A stretch of 64,000 nt of DNA from Octopus vulgaris (taxonomy: Eukaryota). Shown here piece by piece: positions 50,698-64,000 of the stretch. The translations under genes were made by a program, and so were the position numbers. The notes beneath the pieces were generated by a model, which was not told the origin of the DNA, did not search any database, and saw only the letters and a list, made by a program, of their open reading frames with translations. Within the stretch, counting starts at the first letter, position 1; each line of letters opens with the position of its first letter. The stretch is from positions 91,140,001 to 91,204,000 of the forward strand of contig OX597814.1 of assembly GCA_951406725.2 (NCBI GenBank), written 5' to 3'.

Positions 50698-51020
50698 ATA
50701 TCGAATACTCAGTATTCGGCTAAGAGTTTTCACGAAACCGCTACAAGTATTGTAGGCCTTCCACTCTATCTCGACTTGAATCGCAGACAGAGTCTGGGAA
50801 CGTTTATCCAATTTTCCTAATGTTACTATAGCTTTCTTCATTCGGAAAGAGATTTCATTATCAAGAATATTTTTCATGTTCATACTACTACATAAATATA
50901 TGAATATATCTATATCCTGCAGTTTCTCTCCATATGTAAATATTTTACAGATTCGGAAGAGCCTACCCTGGATAGGTTTAACTGGTGCAGTTTGACACAT
51001 TCGTACTGTCTTTTTCACTC
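50400..51020 (-). mobile_element. RTE-type LINE RT C-terminal remnant
   Basis: GEKLQDIDIFIYLCS...DNEISFRMKKAIVTLGKL resembles the RTE motif F.YLGS...D.EI..RI.KA...FG.L. Confidence 0.7.
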
Positions 51021-51855
51021 TGATTTCAAGACACTATGCACTGCATGGAGTCACGGAGTCGTCTAAAGACACAGCCTGCCACGTTAGGGGGAGGGGGTCA
51101 ATGAGATCACAGTTGATAGCATACAAGAATTTGTGTTAATGATGAGAACAGTTTCACTCAGGTTGTAAGCCAACTTATATATAGGTGATGTTGATAAGCC
51201 ACAGAAACAGCGAAATATTCGTATCCGTCACACGTGAATCGATCCGGGGCGTGTTGGTACACCTGTCTAGACGTGTATACACACGTGAGACTGGAGACTG
51301 GTCGTGCATGTAAGTTAATAAATAGCTATTTAAAAATATATGTGTATTGCTATATATATGTATATAAGGATAAAGTCTGCAGGTTCAAATGCACTCTTGG
51401 ACACTTACGCATATTTGCATATATACTTACACACAAGGGAATGTCCACTTTCGGCAGACACACGCTCGGTCACGGTGTGTAGACGTTTCTATGCGTGGGT
51501 GAGTGTGCGCGTGTCTGAATGAGTGTTCATACTACAAGTGTGAAGAGTGTGTACGTGTATATGCATCAGTGTAACGGATGTGTATGTTTATTCTGACGTG
51601 GATTTACGGCCAACATTACCAAAGCCAAATATCCATTAAGAAATTAATACTTCGGAGTCTGCTCGTCTCTACATTTACCCATGTCACTTAAATATTTATA
51701 ACAATCATTTTTACCCCTTACCGACAGCAATTATCTACTCATATCTTCCCACATCATTTTTCTCTTTTCTTCGTTCTTAACAACTTGAACCATTCCCACT
51801 CCTACATATTTCATCTTATCCTTTCCTTTTCCTAAGTCTTGACCGTATTATTTCT

Positions 51856-52050
51856 TCAAATATTTTTCATCCTGCGTTCTGGCCCACAACTCGTCCGGAA
51901 TATTTGTGTTAAATGCTGGTGAAGGACGTCACACATTTCGCTGGGTTCGTTTACTGTACGCCCATTTTGGTCGAACAACGATCGTATGGTGACCTTGTTG
52001 CCTCGTTGGACCTCTACCATACAAGCCCATCGAACGGCGTCGATTTTCTC
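51856..52050 (-). mobile_element. Tx1/L1 ORF2 linker fragment
   Basis: TIRSLFDQNGRTVNEPSEMCDVLHQHLTQIF resembles the L1/Tx1 EN-RT linker. Confidence 0.6.
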
Positions 52051-52292
52051 CTGTCTCATAGCACATGTCTTCAATACTGTTAAATAAATATAACGAGGCC
52101 CTAGGTACATGTAACCGCTGAGTTTTCCATACCTTCAAATTTTACCACAAATCTAAATGCAACATAAGTAACCACACAGTACATATCCCGAACGGCACTT
52201 TTCCATGACTTTTAAACTCTCCAATCTTATTTTAATTGTTTAATGCTACACATATGGGCATGCATATGCATACATATGCCGATGTATGTGAG

Positions 52293-52360
<68 letters not shown>

Positions 52361-52599
52361 GGTGTGTGTGTGTGAGTATATGCGTATGTACTTGTGCATG
52401 TATGCATGTATATGTACGTATATGTATGTTTCTATACGCATATGTATGCATGCATGCGTGCGGGTTTGAATACACAAGTATGCAGGCTTATATAATAATG
52501 CATACGCACACACATATATATGTACATGTGTGCGTGCGTAAATCGATATACACGTCTTTCTTTCTCTCTAATTCCTCTACCCACACTATCATATTCGCC

Positions 52600-53477
52600 A
52601 AGTTTAGAATACCCACACTATCACATTAGCCAATAGAATAAATACATAAGCCTGTTTATAGAAACCTGACCATTTTTAGTATTCTTCCCTTCCAATTTGT
52701 GTTTACTAGTCACTTTAGAAAACACCCCTTTTATGCCTTTTTCTGTATCCATCCATTAATACCTTTCTAACATATCACCCTACCCATACACATCACACAT
52801 ATTCATTATTTACATTCTTACCTCTTCCTATCCCTCCGCTACGCCTCTCCCATCCCCCTCATAATATCTTGACCACCAACTAACACTCCTTTTTTCACAT
52901 TTTTTTCATATTTTTTCACTTCCTTACATTCTTTTCATTTTCTCTTCCTCTCTCTTTCCTTCTTTTCTGACCTTTCTTTTGATTTCTCTCTTCATTTTAA
53001 CATACACATCTCTTCTCCCATCTCTATCCACTTAATACTACCATCACATTTCAAATTTTCATTCACACCACTAGACTCATGTGAATGAACAGCACATCGA
53101 ATCTACGTCTCCACACTTTCCATTTGTGATGTGGTGACAAATATGAACTCCTATTGGAATTTACATACCACGGACAAGAAGCATTTCTACCACTCAACAC
53201 ACCACTAAGCTTGGATAATGGAACTGCAACTATAAAATCTGTACACTATTTTAATTTCTACATTCATTCTCTTATCTCCATATATACTACTTATTTGCTT
53301 CCATTTCCAAATTAACTCCACATATTTAACTCTAATATTTTCCTCTGCTTAACCATCTCACATCAGCTCAGCTCTGATCAAGGGATGTCCCTAATATTCC
53401 AGAAACAGCTGCAAGACTAATGTTCTCTTTATAAATATCCTAAAAATTCAGCACAGCCTTGGGTTTGTCTCATACTA

Positions 53478-53480
<3 letters not shown>
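52600..53480 (+). mobile_element. Penelope-like remnant with degenerate hammerhead motif
   Basis: Pyrimidine-skewed UTR-like DNA and CTGATCA-stem-GAAACAGCTGCA at 53374-53413. Confidence 0.45.
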
Positions 53481-53543
<63 letters not shown>

Positions 53544-54744
53544 GTATTTACACATTTATACGTGTGTATATATATGTATATATATGTATATACATTTGTA
53601 CATGTATATATATATATATGTACATATGTGTGCGTGTGTGCGTGCGTGTGTGTGTAATAATGTTCTCTTGTAAATATATATACTCACTGAAGCGCAATCT
53701 ATAGTCACTTAATGTTCTTACTTTTTTGGGGGATAGCTTTCCAAGTTGTTCAACTATTTATATTATCTTTTATTTGACAGTTATTCTTCGTAAACTTAAT
53801 CTATTTTTGTATTTACATTGGCAGGTTAAGTGTTCATTAAGTTTTATAATTTAAATTTCAACTTCTGACGTGCCATCACAATCGTTTGTATCACCTATTT
53901 CAGCTTTTACTAAAATACCAATTTAGCATATACTTGACGTGTCAAATGTATGAGTGAGTATTTAATATATACTATTAAAATATACTATTGAAGCACCAAA
54001 GTAATATCAATAAATGTGAATCAAGGATATTGAAATATTGAAAGTATAAAGTTTTCGATGAAATAGCTGTCAGCAACTTTAATGCATAAATGCTATCTTC
54101 GTGTGAAATGCCCATTATCAATTTCATTTCACTGAGTTGGAATAAGTGGTTTTTTTGTTTTATTAAATTTTTCTTCTGTGAGCGCTACATTAGTGTCATA
54201 AGCGGAGTCTTATAGATGATGACCTTCTGATATTTACAAACTGAAAAGCAAATGTAAATTAAAATTTTTTGAGAAACATTTATGCCCCTATAATACTATC
54301 GAATATCTCTTCTTTTCACTTATGGATTTTTTAATATATATTTTGTTGAAATTTCTAAAACAAACTAATCATCTCCATCAGAAACGAGAAAGCATGTTTT
54401 TGTTGTTTTACATTTTACTTTCAAATATATTTGAACATAACATACACACTGATAATGCATACAAACAAACGCAAAATGAGAAGTATATATGTCCACGGCT
54501 CGTTCTGTAATGAATTTAGAATTTCGATATATTATTCTGGCAAAATACACATACATAAAAAATTTCATATATGGGTATACATTTATACATATATACGTAT
54601 GTGTATTCATATAAGATATACATATAAACTGGTAATCCGTCCATTATTCTGGCAAGGGTTTCAATTGATACTATCAATAGAACAACCTCCACTTGCTCGT
54701 GAAATTAATGTGTAAGTGGTTGGGCATTCCACAGACAAATCTTT

Positions 54745-55105
54745 TATCCTTTACTTATTTCTGTAATTTGACTGCGGCAATATTGGGGCACCACCTTGAA
54801 GAATATTTAGTCAAATAAATCAGCCGCAATACTTAATTTTTTTGTGTTAGACCTGGTAATTATTTTCTCGTTCTTTTTTTACCAAACCATTAACTAACAG
54901 GGATGTAAACACAATAACATCGATGCTCAAGAAGTGTTGGAAACAAACACAAAGAGACATGTATTTCCGTCTACCAAATCCACTCTTTTAGTATCTTCTA
55001 CTATAGCCTAGGCTATAATAGAAGAAATAAGCCAAGTTTGTCACGCAGTGGGACTGAACCAAGGGCCATGTTAGGAAGCATGCTTCGTACTACAGCGCCT
55101 CCGCG
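54745..55105 (-). mobile_element. Degenerate SINE (family of 48920)
   Basis: TTTGACTGCGGC, TTTCCGTCTACCAAATCCACTC and CACGCAGTGGGACTGAACC blocks. Confidence 0.7.
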
Positions 55106-55124
55106 TTAAGATTATTATCATTAC

Positions 55125-55622
55125 TCAGTGAGAGAGCAGCGCATGCCATCAAACACTGGGGTACAAATATACGTTGCCCGATACATCCATCGTGACAACT
55201 CGTCTGATATGAGTACACCAGGCATTACAACCATATGTACGTGACATGGTGATTTCATGTCGAGATGAACAGCGCATGAACTTACTGGTGGGGTCCGGTT
55301 ATAATTCTCATCACGTTAAATAGCCTGTCGTACCCAAAAGGTCCTTGAATGAGGGTTGTTTATGGATGATGAATGACACACAGATATTTCCAAAGGTGAA
55401 TTATTTAAGCCCCCAAGGAATTTCTCGCAACACATAGCTATGATGCGCCCCCCAGCTAATTCTGCTCGTGATCAGAGATGCATATATCATCAGCCACCAA
55501 GTGCCAATGCTCAACTGGTTAAGGTGAAATAATTGACAATCAAATATGTGGTATTGTACAGAATATTTATTGTAGCCCATTTTTATACCAAAACAGAACA
55601 TATACATCATAAAACTTCCAAT
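55125..55622. repeat. Interspersed repeat, older copy of 56230-56768
   Basis: Colinear similarity over about 500 bp (e.g. TTCTGCTCGTGATCAGAGATGCA, ATGCTCAACTGGTTAAGGT). Confidence 0.8.
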
Positions 55623-55642
55623 AAATTCTTCTTCTTATTAAA

Positions 55643-55652
55643 ATTATTATTA

Positions 55653-55700
<48 letters not shown>

Positions 55701-55709
55701 CATCATCAC

Positions 55710-55805
<96 letters not shown>

Positions 55806-55808
55806 CAT
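55643..55808. repeat. (TTA)n(TCA)n(TTA)n microsatellite
   Basis: Directly visible. Confidence 0.95.
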
Positions 55809-55811
55809 TGA

Positions 55812-56215
55812 AGGCGGTGAGCTGGCAGAATCGTTAGAATGCCGGGCGACATGCTTAGCGGTATTTCGTCTGCCACTACGTTCTGAGTTCAAATTCTGTC
55901 GACGTCGAGTTTACCTTTCATCCTTTCGGGCTCGATAAATTAAGCACCATTGGAGTACTGGGGTTGATATAATCAGCTAGCCTCTCTCAAACTTTCAGGC
56001 TTTGTACCTATAGTATAAAGAATTATTAATATTATTGATGTTAGTGTTGTCATATTTCGTCTGCCGCTACGTTGTGAGTTCAAATTCCGCCTAAATGGAT
56101 TTCGTCTTTCATCTATTCTGGGTCGGTAAATTAAGTATCAGTGAAATACTGGAGTCGATATAATCAACTATACCCTTCTCCACAAATCCAAGGCCTTGTA
56201 CCTACAGTGGAAATG
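55812..56215 (+). mobile_element. Two tandem tRNA-headed SINE copies (second one 5'-truncated)
   Basis: GGCGGTGAGCTGGCAGAATCGTTAG head. TTTCGTCTGCC..GAGTTCAAATT and GGC(T/C)TTGTACCTA occur twice. Confidence 0.85.
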
Positions 56216-56229
56216 ATTATTATTATCAT

Positions 56230-56767
56230 TGAGTGAGCGAGCAGAGCATGCCATCAAAGTGACACTGGGGTAAAATATACGAAGCCCAGTATACCCATCA
56301 TGACTACCCGTCTGATAAGGGTACACCAGGCACATGCATCACAACCATATGTGCACGACATGGTGATTTCATATCAAGATAAACAGCACATGACCTTGCA
56401 GGTGGAGCCCAGTTAGAATTTTTTTCAGATCGAGTAACCCATCCCGCTCAAAAGGTCCCTGAATAAGGGTTGTTTAAGGACGTTGAACGAAACACCCATG
56501 TTTCCAGGGGTGAATTATTCAAACCCCAAAGAATCCTTCTCAACACATGGCTATGATGCTCCCCCACTACTTCTGCTCGTGATCAGAGATGCACATATCG
56601 TCAGCCACTGAGGGACATGCTCAACTGGTTAAGGTCAAACAACTGACAAGCAAATCTGTGGTATTGAGCAGAATATTTGCTGTAGCCCATCTTTTATACC
56701 AAGACAAAACAATGTACATGATAACACTTCCAATCAGTCAAGATCAGAAGCCATGAGAGCCACTGCC

Positions 56768-56768
<1 letters not shown>
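56230..56768. repeat. Interspersed repeat of about 540 bp, family unassigned
   Basis: Second copy at 55125-55622; both are flanked by (TTA)n. Confidence 0.8.
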
Positions 56769-56940
<172 letters not shown>

Positions 56941-58411
56941 AATAGTAGTGTATTTACTGTTATTATTTATTGGTGTTTTCAATGTCAGTGGTGGTGGTAG
57001 CTCCGTTGTTATTGTTTTTGCTATGGTTGTTGCAGTTGTTGTTTTGCTGTTGTAGTAACTACATACTGAAGTCATGATGGCTTTGTTGTTATTATCGTAA
57101 TTCGACAATTTGTAACTTAAATTGATGGACAATGCATATTAGTGGAGAATATGCTGGCTTTAACGGACGTGGACCCACCAGTAGCGAGCCCCGAGTAAGT
57201 AGGACGATTCTGAACTAGCCGATGTTGAGGGAATCATCCTGGGGTTGTCGTTATGTTTTCTGTGGAAGTGAGACAAAAAAGAATTTTGCCTATACCTGTA
57301 TCTGAGGCATTTTGTATATTGTGTATTCGTATAATGCAGCTTACTCAAACGAAAGAACTCCCCCCACACACACATAGCAGATAGATACACAGACACGCAC
57401 ATCCTTGCATTCATACAGCAGAGACGCACACAGAGGTACACACCGATGACTGCAATTGTTGTCGTTTGAACACCAGCCACAGCATGAGATTCCACCAACA
57501 TTCTGTCCAGCGTCTTTGATGGCGCGGTAATATCAACAACACCATGTGATCTGCCTTTCCCAATATCAGCCCATATTCCAGCAGCAATTTGAACTTCATA
57601 CAGTTCGCCAATCTGTCGCCTGAGCCAGGTGAACTAACCTCGCCTACGAAACTTTAAGTTGAGAGGTACAGAACGAATGTTTTTCGTAATAAATGCAACT
57701 CCTGCAAAATGCGTCGATGGTCTAATTCATTCGTCAACTCTTTCGTGTGTGTGTGTGTGGTGTGTGTGTGTTGTGTGTGTGCATGTGCTGCGTGTGTGTA
57801 TGTGTTGCTTGTGTGTATGAGTTGCGTGTTTGTATTATTGGTAAACAAACCAGAAAGGCTTTGTAATTTATGGGCAGAAAGCTACTATGGAACACTCAGT
57901 AATTGATGTGTCAGCATTTGTTCCAATTGGATGCGTAAGGAGACGTGCTAGTGTTGATTTTCGGGTTCGATTCTAGCTAGAGTTAGCTCAGTATTTGTCG
58001 GTCATTTGTATTTAAATATTGGCACTTTAAATCGGAGACTTTTTATTATTATTATATATTATTATTATTATATATTATATATTATTTATTATTATTATAT
58101 ATTATTAAACATTTATCCATATACTATGAGCCTTCCATAGTAGATTTCTCTTCCTAACTTTCAAAGCCATTCTAGTTTGTTTACAAATATTATATGTAGT
58201 ATTAGACAGTTTAAGTATATATTCATTAAATATCGCTGAAATTGATAGGTGAGTGTTTGGCCCATTCAGATACGCCAGGAGCCGTGTTAGCGTTGATTTG
58301 TGGGTTCCATTCTGGCTAGGGTTAGCTCATCAGTTTTTCGGTCTTTGCGCTTTATTTTATAAAGTGTTGCTTCAAATCAGTTATACATACATATATATAT
58401 ATATATATATA

Positions 58412-58509
<98 letters not shown>

Positions 58510-59036
58510 GAGGATAAAATAAATCCCTTTCCGGAGTGGTATACACTCATACAACCGGATTCTCCAACTCCACACCGGACAGGAAACAGGATTACTCATG
58601 TTTGCCTGATGAGTGCAGCAATGTTAAAAGAAGTATTTTTTCAAGTGCAAAGCGTGTAGCCTAGTCTAGGAATCGACACCACAATCTTACGATGATATTC
58701 AAACACATTATATAGTAAGCTACTCGCTTCTACATATATTAATTTGTGCACACACATACACTCACGCACGTGTGAGTTTGTTATTAAGTTTAATTACATA
58801 CATATATGTCTATATTTTCACAAGTAATCAAATTGGTTTATTGCTTGAGAAAAGCAACCTACTAACAATAATCAGTGTTGACATATTCTGGAATTAAAAT
58901 CAGCAACATCATCCAGCTTGAATAAATGAGTTAATTTCGCATCAATTAGATTCGTGAAATATAGCAATGCTAGACATTCAATATTTCATAGATATTAACT
59001 AAATATTTTAAATATTCAGTTGTGTGTGTCTGTATC

Positions 59037-59091
<55 letters not shown>

Positions 59092-59099
59092 CTCTCTCT

Positions 59100-59150
<51 letters not shown>

Positions 59151-59165
59151 TATATATGCCTATAT

Positions 59166-59196
<31 letters not shown>

Positions 59197-61809
59197 ACAT
59201 ATGTGTATATATATCTATATATATTCAGAATATAGTTAAGAGGTTGCATGCGAGTAAATACATTTAGCCTAAAAAATAGAAAAACAAAGTAGTGTGAGAG
59301 TTTTATCATGGAATAAAGTGAGAAAATATGTTGATTTTTATGCAAATAAGTTACAGGTTTCAGTGTCTTTAAGAATAATATTTAATTATGCGGTAATAAA
59401 ATTATAAATAAATTGAAATATATTAAATGAAAATATATTCCTCAATATAAGTTGTAGATATTTACATATTTTCCCTATATGATGGTGACGTTTCGTTGCT
59501 TTCTTATGGATGCTTCGTAATAGAGGCAGTAACAGTTGTCGCCATGGCTGTTTCCGAAAGGGATAGTACGTAGGGCTATAAAATGCAGTATGGACAGGAG
59601 CAGGTGTGTCAGTGGCTTTGGAAGTCGTCAATCTAATGTTTCAGTAGCGTTCGTTTTCATTATCTCCCTTCGTCTCTCACAGTCATTCGAACGTGGCTGG
59701 AATTTGGTTACGAATTTTAATTTTTCATTTATGCATTGTTGCCAAGCTATGTAATCGCAAAACTGATATAATGGGAAAATTGGTAAAGATTTTGTTTTTT
59801 TCTTAGCTGCACGTATGTTTATATGCTTACTAAATACTTATACAGAAATAAGGATTTCAGTAGAAACTGTGATTTGTTCAATACTTCTGGTTTGTATAAA
59901 ATGTAGATCAGTTGTATCGATGGCTGCAAATACAAGACGCCTGTACTTCAGTAATTACAGAAAATAACCTAGCATTCAAGAGCTGCAGCACATCTTCCTT
60001 TCAATTCATTCTACTTGATATATTTGTCGAATAACTGTTTGACAATGTTCGTGTTTTGATTCATTTAGTATCGCTTTCATAACAGCGTCATCTGAGAAAC
60101 AAATCAACGGAAAAATATTTTTTTCCCAAATCTTATAACATAGGAAGAAATATATTCTAGAGATGTCATCTCAAATATATTGCTGTAAAAATCCTGCAAT
60201 TTGAGATATTTTGCTATTTTAAAAATGTTCTTTAAAAATCTCTACGCCAATATTTTATATATGTAATGTTCTATACGAAAAAAAAAAGGAAAGGGGTTTG
60301 AGAATGAAGTATAATTTCACGTTGTATAGTAGAGGAATAAATGCGCTTTTGTGCATAAAATTTTATTACTCTATATCTCCAAACAACATATTTCCGTTAT
60401 ATCACTTATTCTATTCAAACGTCTTCCTTCTTGTATGCGGAATGAAACAACTGAGTTTTCGTTCATTAGAAATCGGTTGTTGCTCGCACATAAGTAATGT
60501 TGCATATTTTCATAAAAGCTATCTGATCGATTTGTTTTGTTTTCACATAATTTATCACCTTTTAGTTTTTGGATATATGTGGTTTCTGTGGATAACGACT
60601 TCGCGTATGACTCGATGTATTCTAATTTGTGTCTTTTGATTGTAATGCCACAAATCGTTATACCAGACAACGTTTCTTGCAATTATTGTTTCAATTATCC
60701 TTATTACAATCTTTTATAAATTTCAATGGCAGCGTATCAAGATCACGAGACGAGAGCCTTTTTTCTTATTTGCAAGTTATCGGAAATAGAAATATAAAAC
60801 CATCTGTCTGATGAGTGAATATAACTCAGGAATATTGTCGGCTGTTCTCATTTTACCAATATAAGAACTCGAATGGGATTTGCAGTAATCTTACAGTGTA
60901 ACGCTATTTAACTATGTTTACTACGTTCCAATATTAAGTACTGCTAAATAGACATTAGAATAGGCTTTCATTATTCTTATCTCTATCCATGATATAACAG
61001 TCAAATGATGTGTGGCTTTCGTGGACTATTCCTCCACACTTTTGAGATGTTATGCCTATATTAGAAATAAAAGTTGATAGTCATGTACTATGTTTAATAT
61101 TTATCGTTATCTCTTATTTATTATGTTGCCTAAAAGACGTAAATGTTGAATACAAACCAAGGTCTTTCTTTTAAACAATTGTTTCCTTGTCCAATGTTTT
61201 AAGAATTCCTACTACAACAACTTGGATAGATAAAGAGGTTTCTGACAAGCTTGTCAGCACTCGTTTTCTTGTACTTGTAGTGAAATTAATTCTGCTTTTA
61301 GTTCTCCCCTCTTTACCAAAGTGGAAAATATATTTCTGGAAGACTGTAATGACATTTCTAACATAAGTAATCTTGTTAAGAGTTCTTCTGAACATTTATG
61401 GTAATCTAATTCAGATATTCGGCATTCAAATCAGTTATATATTTGCTCGAAATTTAAGAGATATTTTTAAACAAATTCGTAATTTCATGACAAAGTATTA
61501 GGGATGTTCAATGAAGTTGATGTCATTATTGATCTATTTCAACTTGGTTATATTAAAGCCATTTTTGTTTATATAAAATGAGTGTGTCCACAATCAATCG
61601 TGACACTATAAATCACATGAATTGAAAGTTATTTCATAAATGATGATATTGATGGTAAGCAAAAGTACATTTTCATACGTATTTTATTTGGATGATGGGC
61701 ATTGTTTTGAGATGTTCTTGAATCAGATTCGATCGTGAATTATTCTTTTGTCAGTATGTTTTCGGTTACTTCTTGAAGATTCTTAGCGGAATTCGTTGAG
61801 AGTTGGTAT

Positions 61810-61851
<42 letters not shown>

Positions 61852-61860
61852 ACATACACG

Positions 61861-61989
<129 letters not shown>

Positions 61990-62081
61990 GTATGTATTAT
62001 CTGTTGATTAGCACATTTTTATTGTTATACAGTTTGGGAAGGAAAATACAGCAGGTCCCTATAAATTTAAAATAGAGAGGT

Positions 62082-62117
<36 letters not shown>

Positions 62118-63071
62118 CGATTTAAAAAAAATCTTTTTCTCTTAATCATTATTATGATATACTTTATAGCCCTATGTATCAGTGAAATTGAAGTTACATT
62201 TCTGATGACAAAACAAATGGTAAACACATAGAGTATAAAATTTTATGGCACTAACAGTGAAGGTTATCGCCAGCGAAGTGCGTATGATCCTTAATTATAC
62301 ATATGCTTTAATATATTATTCTTTCACCTACATTATATGTCATATTACTGTTTTGTCCACATTCTTAATTCCGACTGAACCAAATATACGTGTTAAGCAT
62401 CTCGGGTAATTTGATGATATAATCTAATAATATCATAATGTGAAACTCAAGTATATGTATTTAACGTTTGTCATATAATTCAAACTGCGCTCATCTGTCT
62501 TATATTCCGATACTTGGCTCTAAAACAACACGAAGGCAAAACAGTTGAGAAATGTGACAGTACATGTCTGTGACTTTCGGCAAATAGATATAGAGAGAGA
62601 TGAAATGAGAGATATAGGTAGGGAGATAGGGATGGATAGAGAGATATAGACAGAGAGATACAGAGAGATAGTAAGATACGGACAGAGAGATATAGATGGA
62701 GAGATACAGATGGATAGAGAGATATAAATGGAGAGATATTGACGTCACTGACGCTAGAAAATCGGAAGTAAATATTTTTAAAAACATTCAAAGATGTGAA
62801 TGTAATATAAAAACCAATGTCTTTTATTTTTAATTTAAAAAAAAATCAAAGTTAGAGCCTAACATGTCTCCGAGTTCAAATTATTCACGCATCCCAGTTG
62901 TGGAAGTAATTGGTGAAGCTGTTTTCGTACGAAAAGTGAATACACACACATCTCTATTTTATATATTCGATGAGATTGTGATAATACAGTTCTATATTTA
63001 AGAGATGATGAATTATGTACATTATTTACATTGTTATTTGACAGATATTTGTCCTCATTTAGTTTGTTGTT

Positions 63072-63117
63072 AACACAACGTTTCGGCTGATATACCCTCC
63101 AGCCTTCATCAGGTGTT
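63072..63117 (-). ncRNA. Minimal type-I hammerhead ribozyme motif
   Basis: AACAC-CUGAUGA-A-GGCUG(loop)CAGCC-GAAAC-GUU-GUGUU: conserved core, 5-bp stems I and II, and palindromic AACGUU in place of stem III. Confidence 0.65.
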
Positions 63118-63170
63118 TTGGGGAAATTTTGAACCTGGGTTCTCGTTCCTAAGGTATTTTTATGTAGTTG

Positions 63171-63220
<50 letters not shown>

Positions 63221-63224
<4 letters not shown>

Positions 63225-63295
63225 TCACTGCCTGGGATCGAACTCAGAATCTTAGGGTTACCAGCCCGCGCACTTAACCACTACGCCATATGCCC
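63221..63295 (-). promoter_or_regulatory. tRNA-derived Pol III internal promoter (SINE head)
   Basis: A box TGGCGTAGTGG and B box GTTCGATCC on the minus strand. Confidence 0.75.
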
Positions 63296-64000
63296 GTGAG
63301 AAATTATGGAGTGAATTTTAGGGGGCTTATAAATCTAATGAGAACCCAAGTTCAAAATGTCCCCAAGGCAGGTGATAAAGGCTGGAGGATATAGAAGCCG
63401 AAACGTTGTGTTAACAAACAAGATGAGGACAAATATCCGTAACATATAAATATTGAGACTGTGATAATGTTTTGACGAATTGATGTAAGGAGGAAATCAA
63501 TTTCTGAAATTTACTTCGCAAAGTGTTACTTCCCTTCTCCACGTAACCTACGAACAGTGGTTTTCTTCCCCCAGGGGGCTCGTTACTCATTGTGTGAAAA
63601 GTTTTAATCGTCTTAAACCATCCCTAGGACGTAGGTAATGTGTTTTCACAGTTTGGAGAAAATCAGTTGAAAAATACGGCTGTTATAATCTTTTACACAC
63701 ATACACACACAGAAAGAACGGGATTTACATTATAGATTATGTATGTATAAGTATCTATGTTTCTCTGTATGTTTGTATGAATACATACGTATGTATAATG
63801 TGGGGTATGCCTTCGTAAAGGCATATGCCAAGGCTTTTTAAATTTAATTTGTTTTATTATATGTTTCATCTATAGTGTAATTTTCAGTATCATTATATCG
63901 AAGCATAACAGCTCTTTCGAAAATCAGCCTTAATTCCCTCTAAGTGTCATGCAGTGCAATCAGTTCAATCCAGACCGTTCTAGTGATTATTGTATTGTCG

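Larger units (their letters stand above)
62986..63453 (-). mobile_element. TSD-flanked composite: inverted hammerhead-bearing arms around a tRNA-derived head
   Basis: Direct repeat TGAGA(T/C)TGTGATAAT at 62971-62985 and 63454-63468. Arms ~63022-63144 and ~63340-63452. tRNA head at 63295-63221. Confidence 0.75.

Noticed and set aside
57440-57650. Gypsy integrase C-terminal remnant
   Set aside because: Only a vague resemblance; too degenerate to support.
58611-58640. CTGATGAG hammerhead core (also at 60808)
   Set aside because: No properly placed stem II plus GAAA.

Overview
AT-rich, microsatellite-dense eukaryotic DNA. The SINE and LINE families suggest an octopod cephalopod, which is an inference. 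Transposons dominate the window: a young 5'-truncated CR1-clade LINE with an open RT ORF, Tx1/L1-clade fragments including three ORF1-only (HAL1-like) copies, an R2/NeSL-type REL fragment, and RTE, Penelope, mariner, pogo and Helitron remnants. There are also several tRNA-headed SINEs and a GG-terminated MITE family with 8-bp TSDs that carries TTAGGG-like repeats. No conventional spliced host gene was recognised. The best non-TE signal is a family of single-exon predicted type-I membrane glycoprotein genes (two open, one pseudogenised) with signal peptide, KR/furin-like site, S/T-rich stalk, TM and short tail. They sit among stretches that read like decayed intronless coding DNA, possibly the relic of a large endogenous DNA virus (unproven). 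A second highlight is a TSD-flanked composite of a Pol III tRNA head and a minimal hammerhead ribozyme at about 63 kb, with three more degenerate hammerhead motifs elsewhere. All calls come from reading the sequence by eye; no searches were run.
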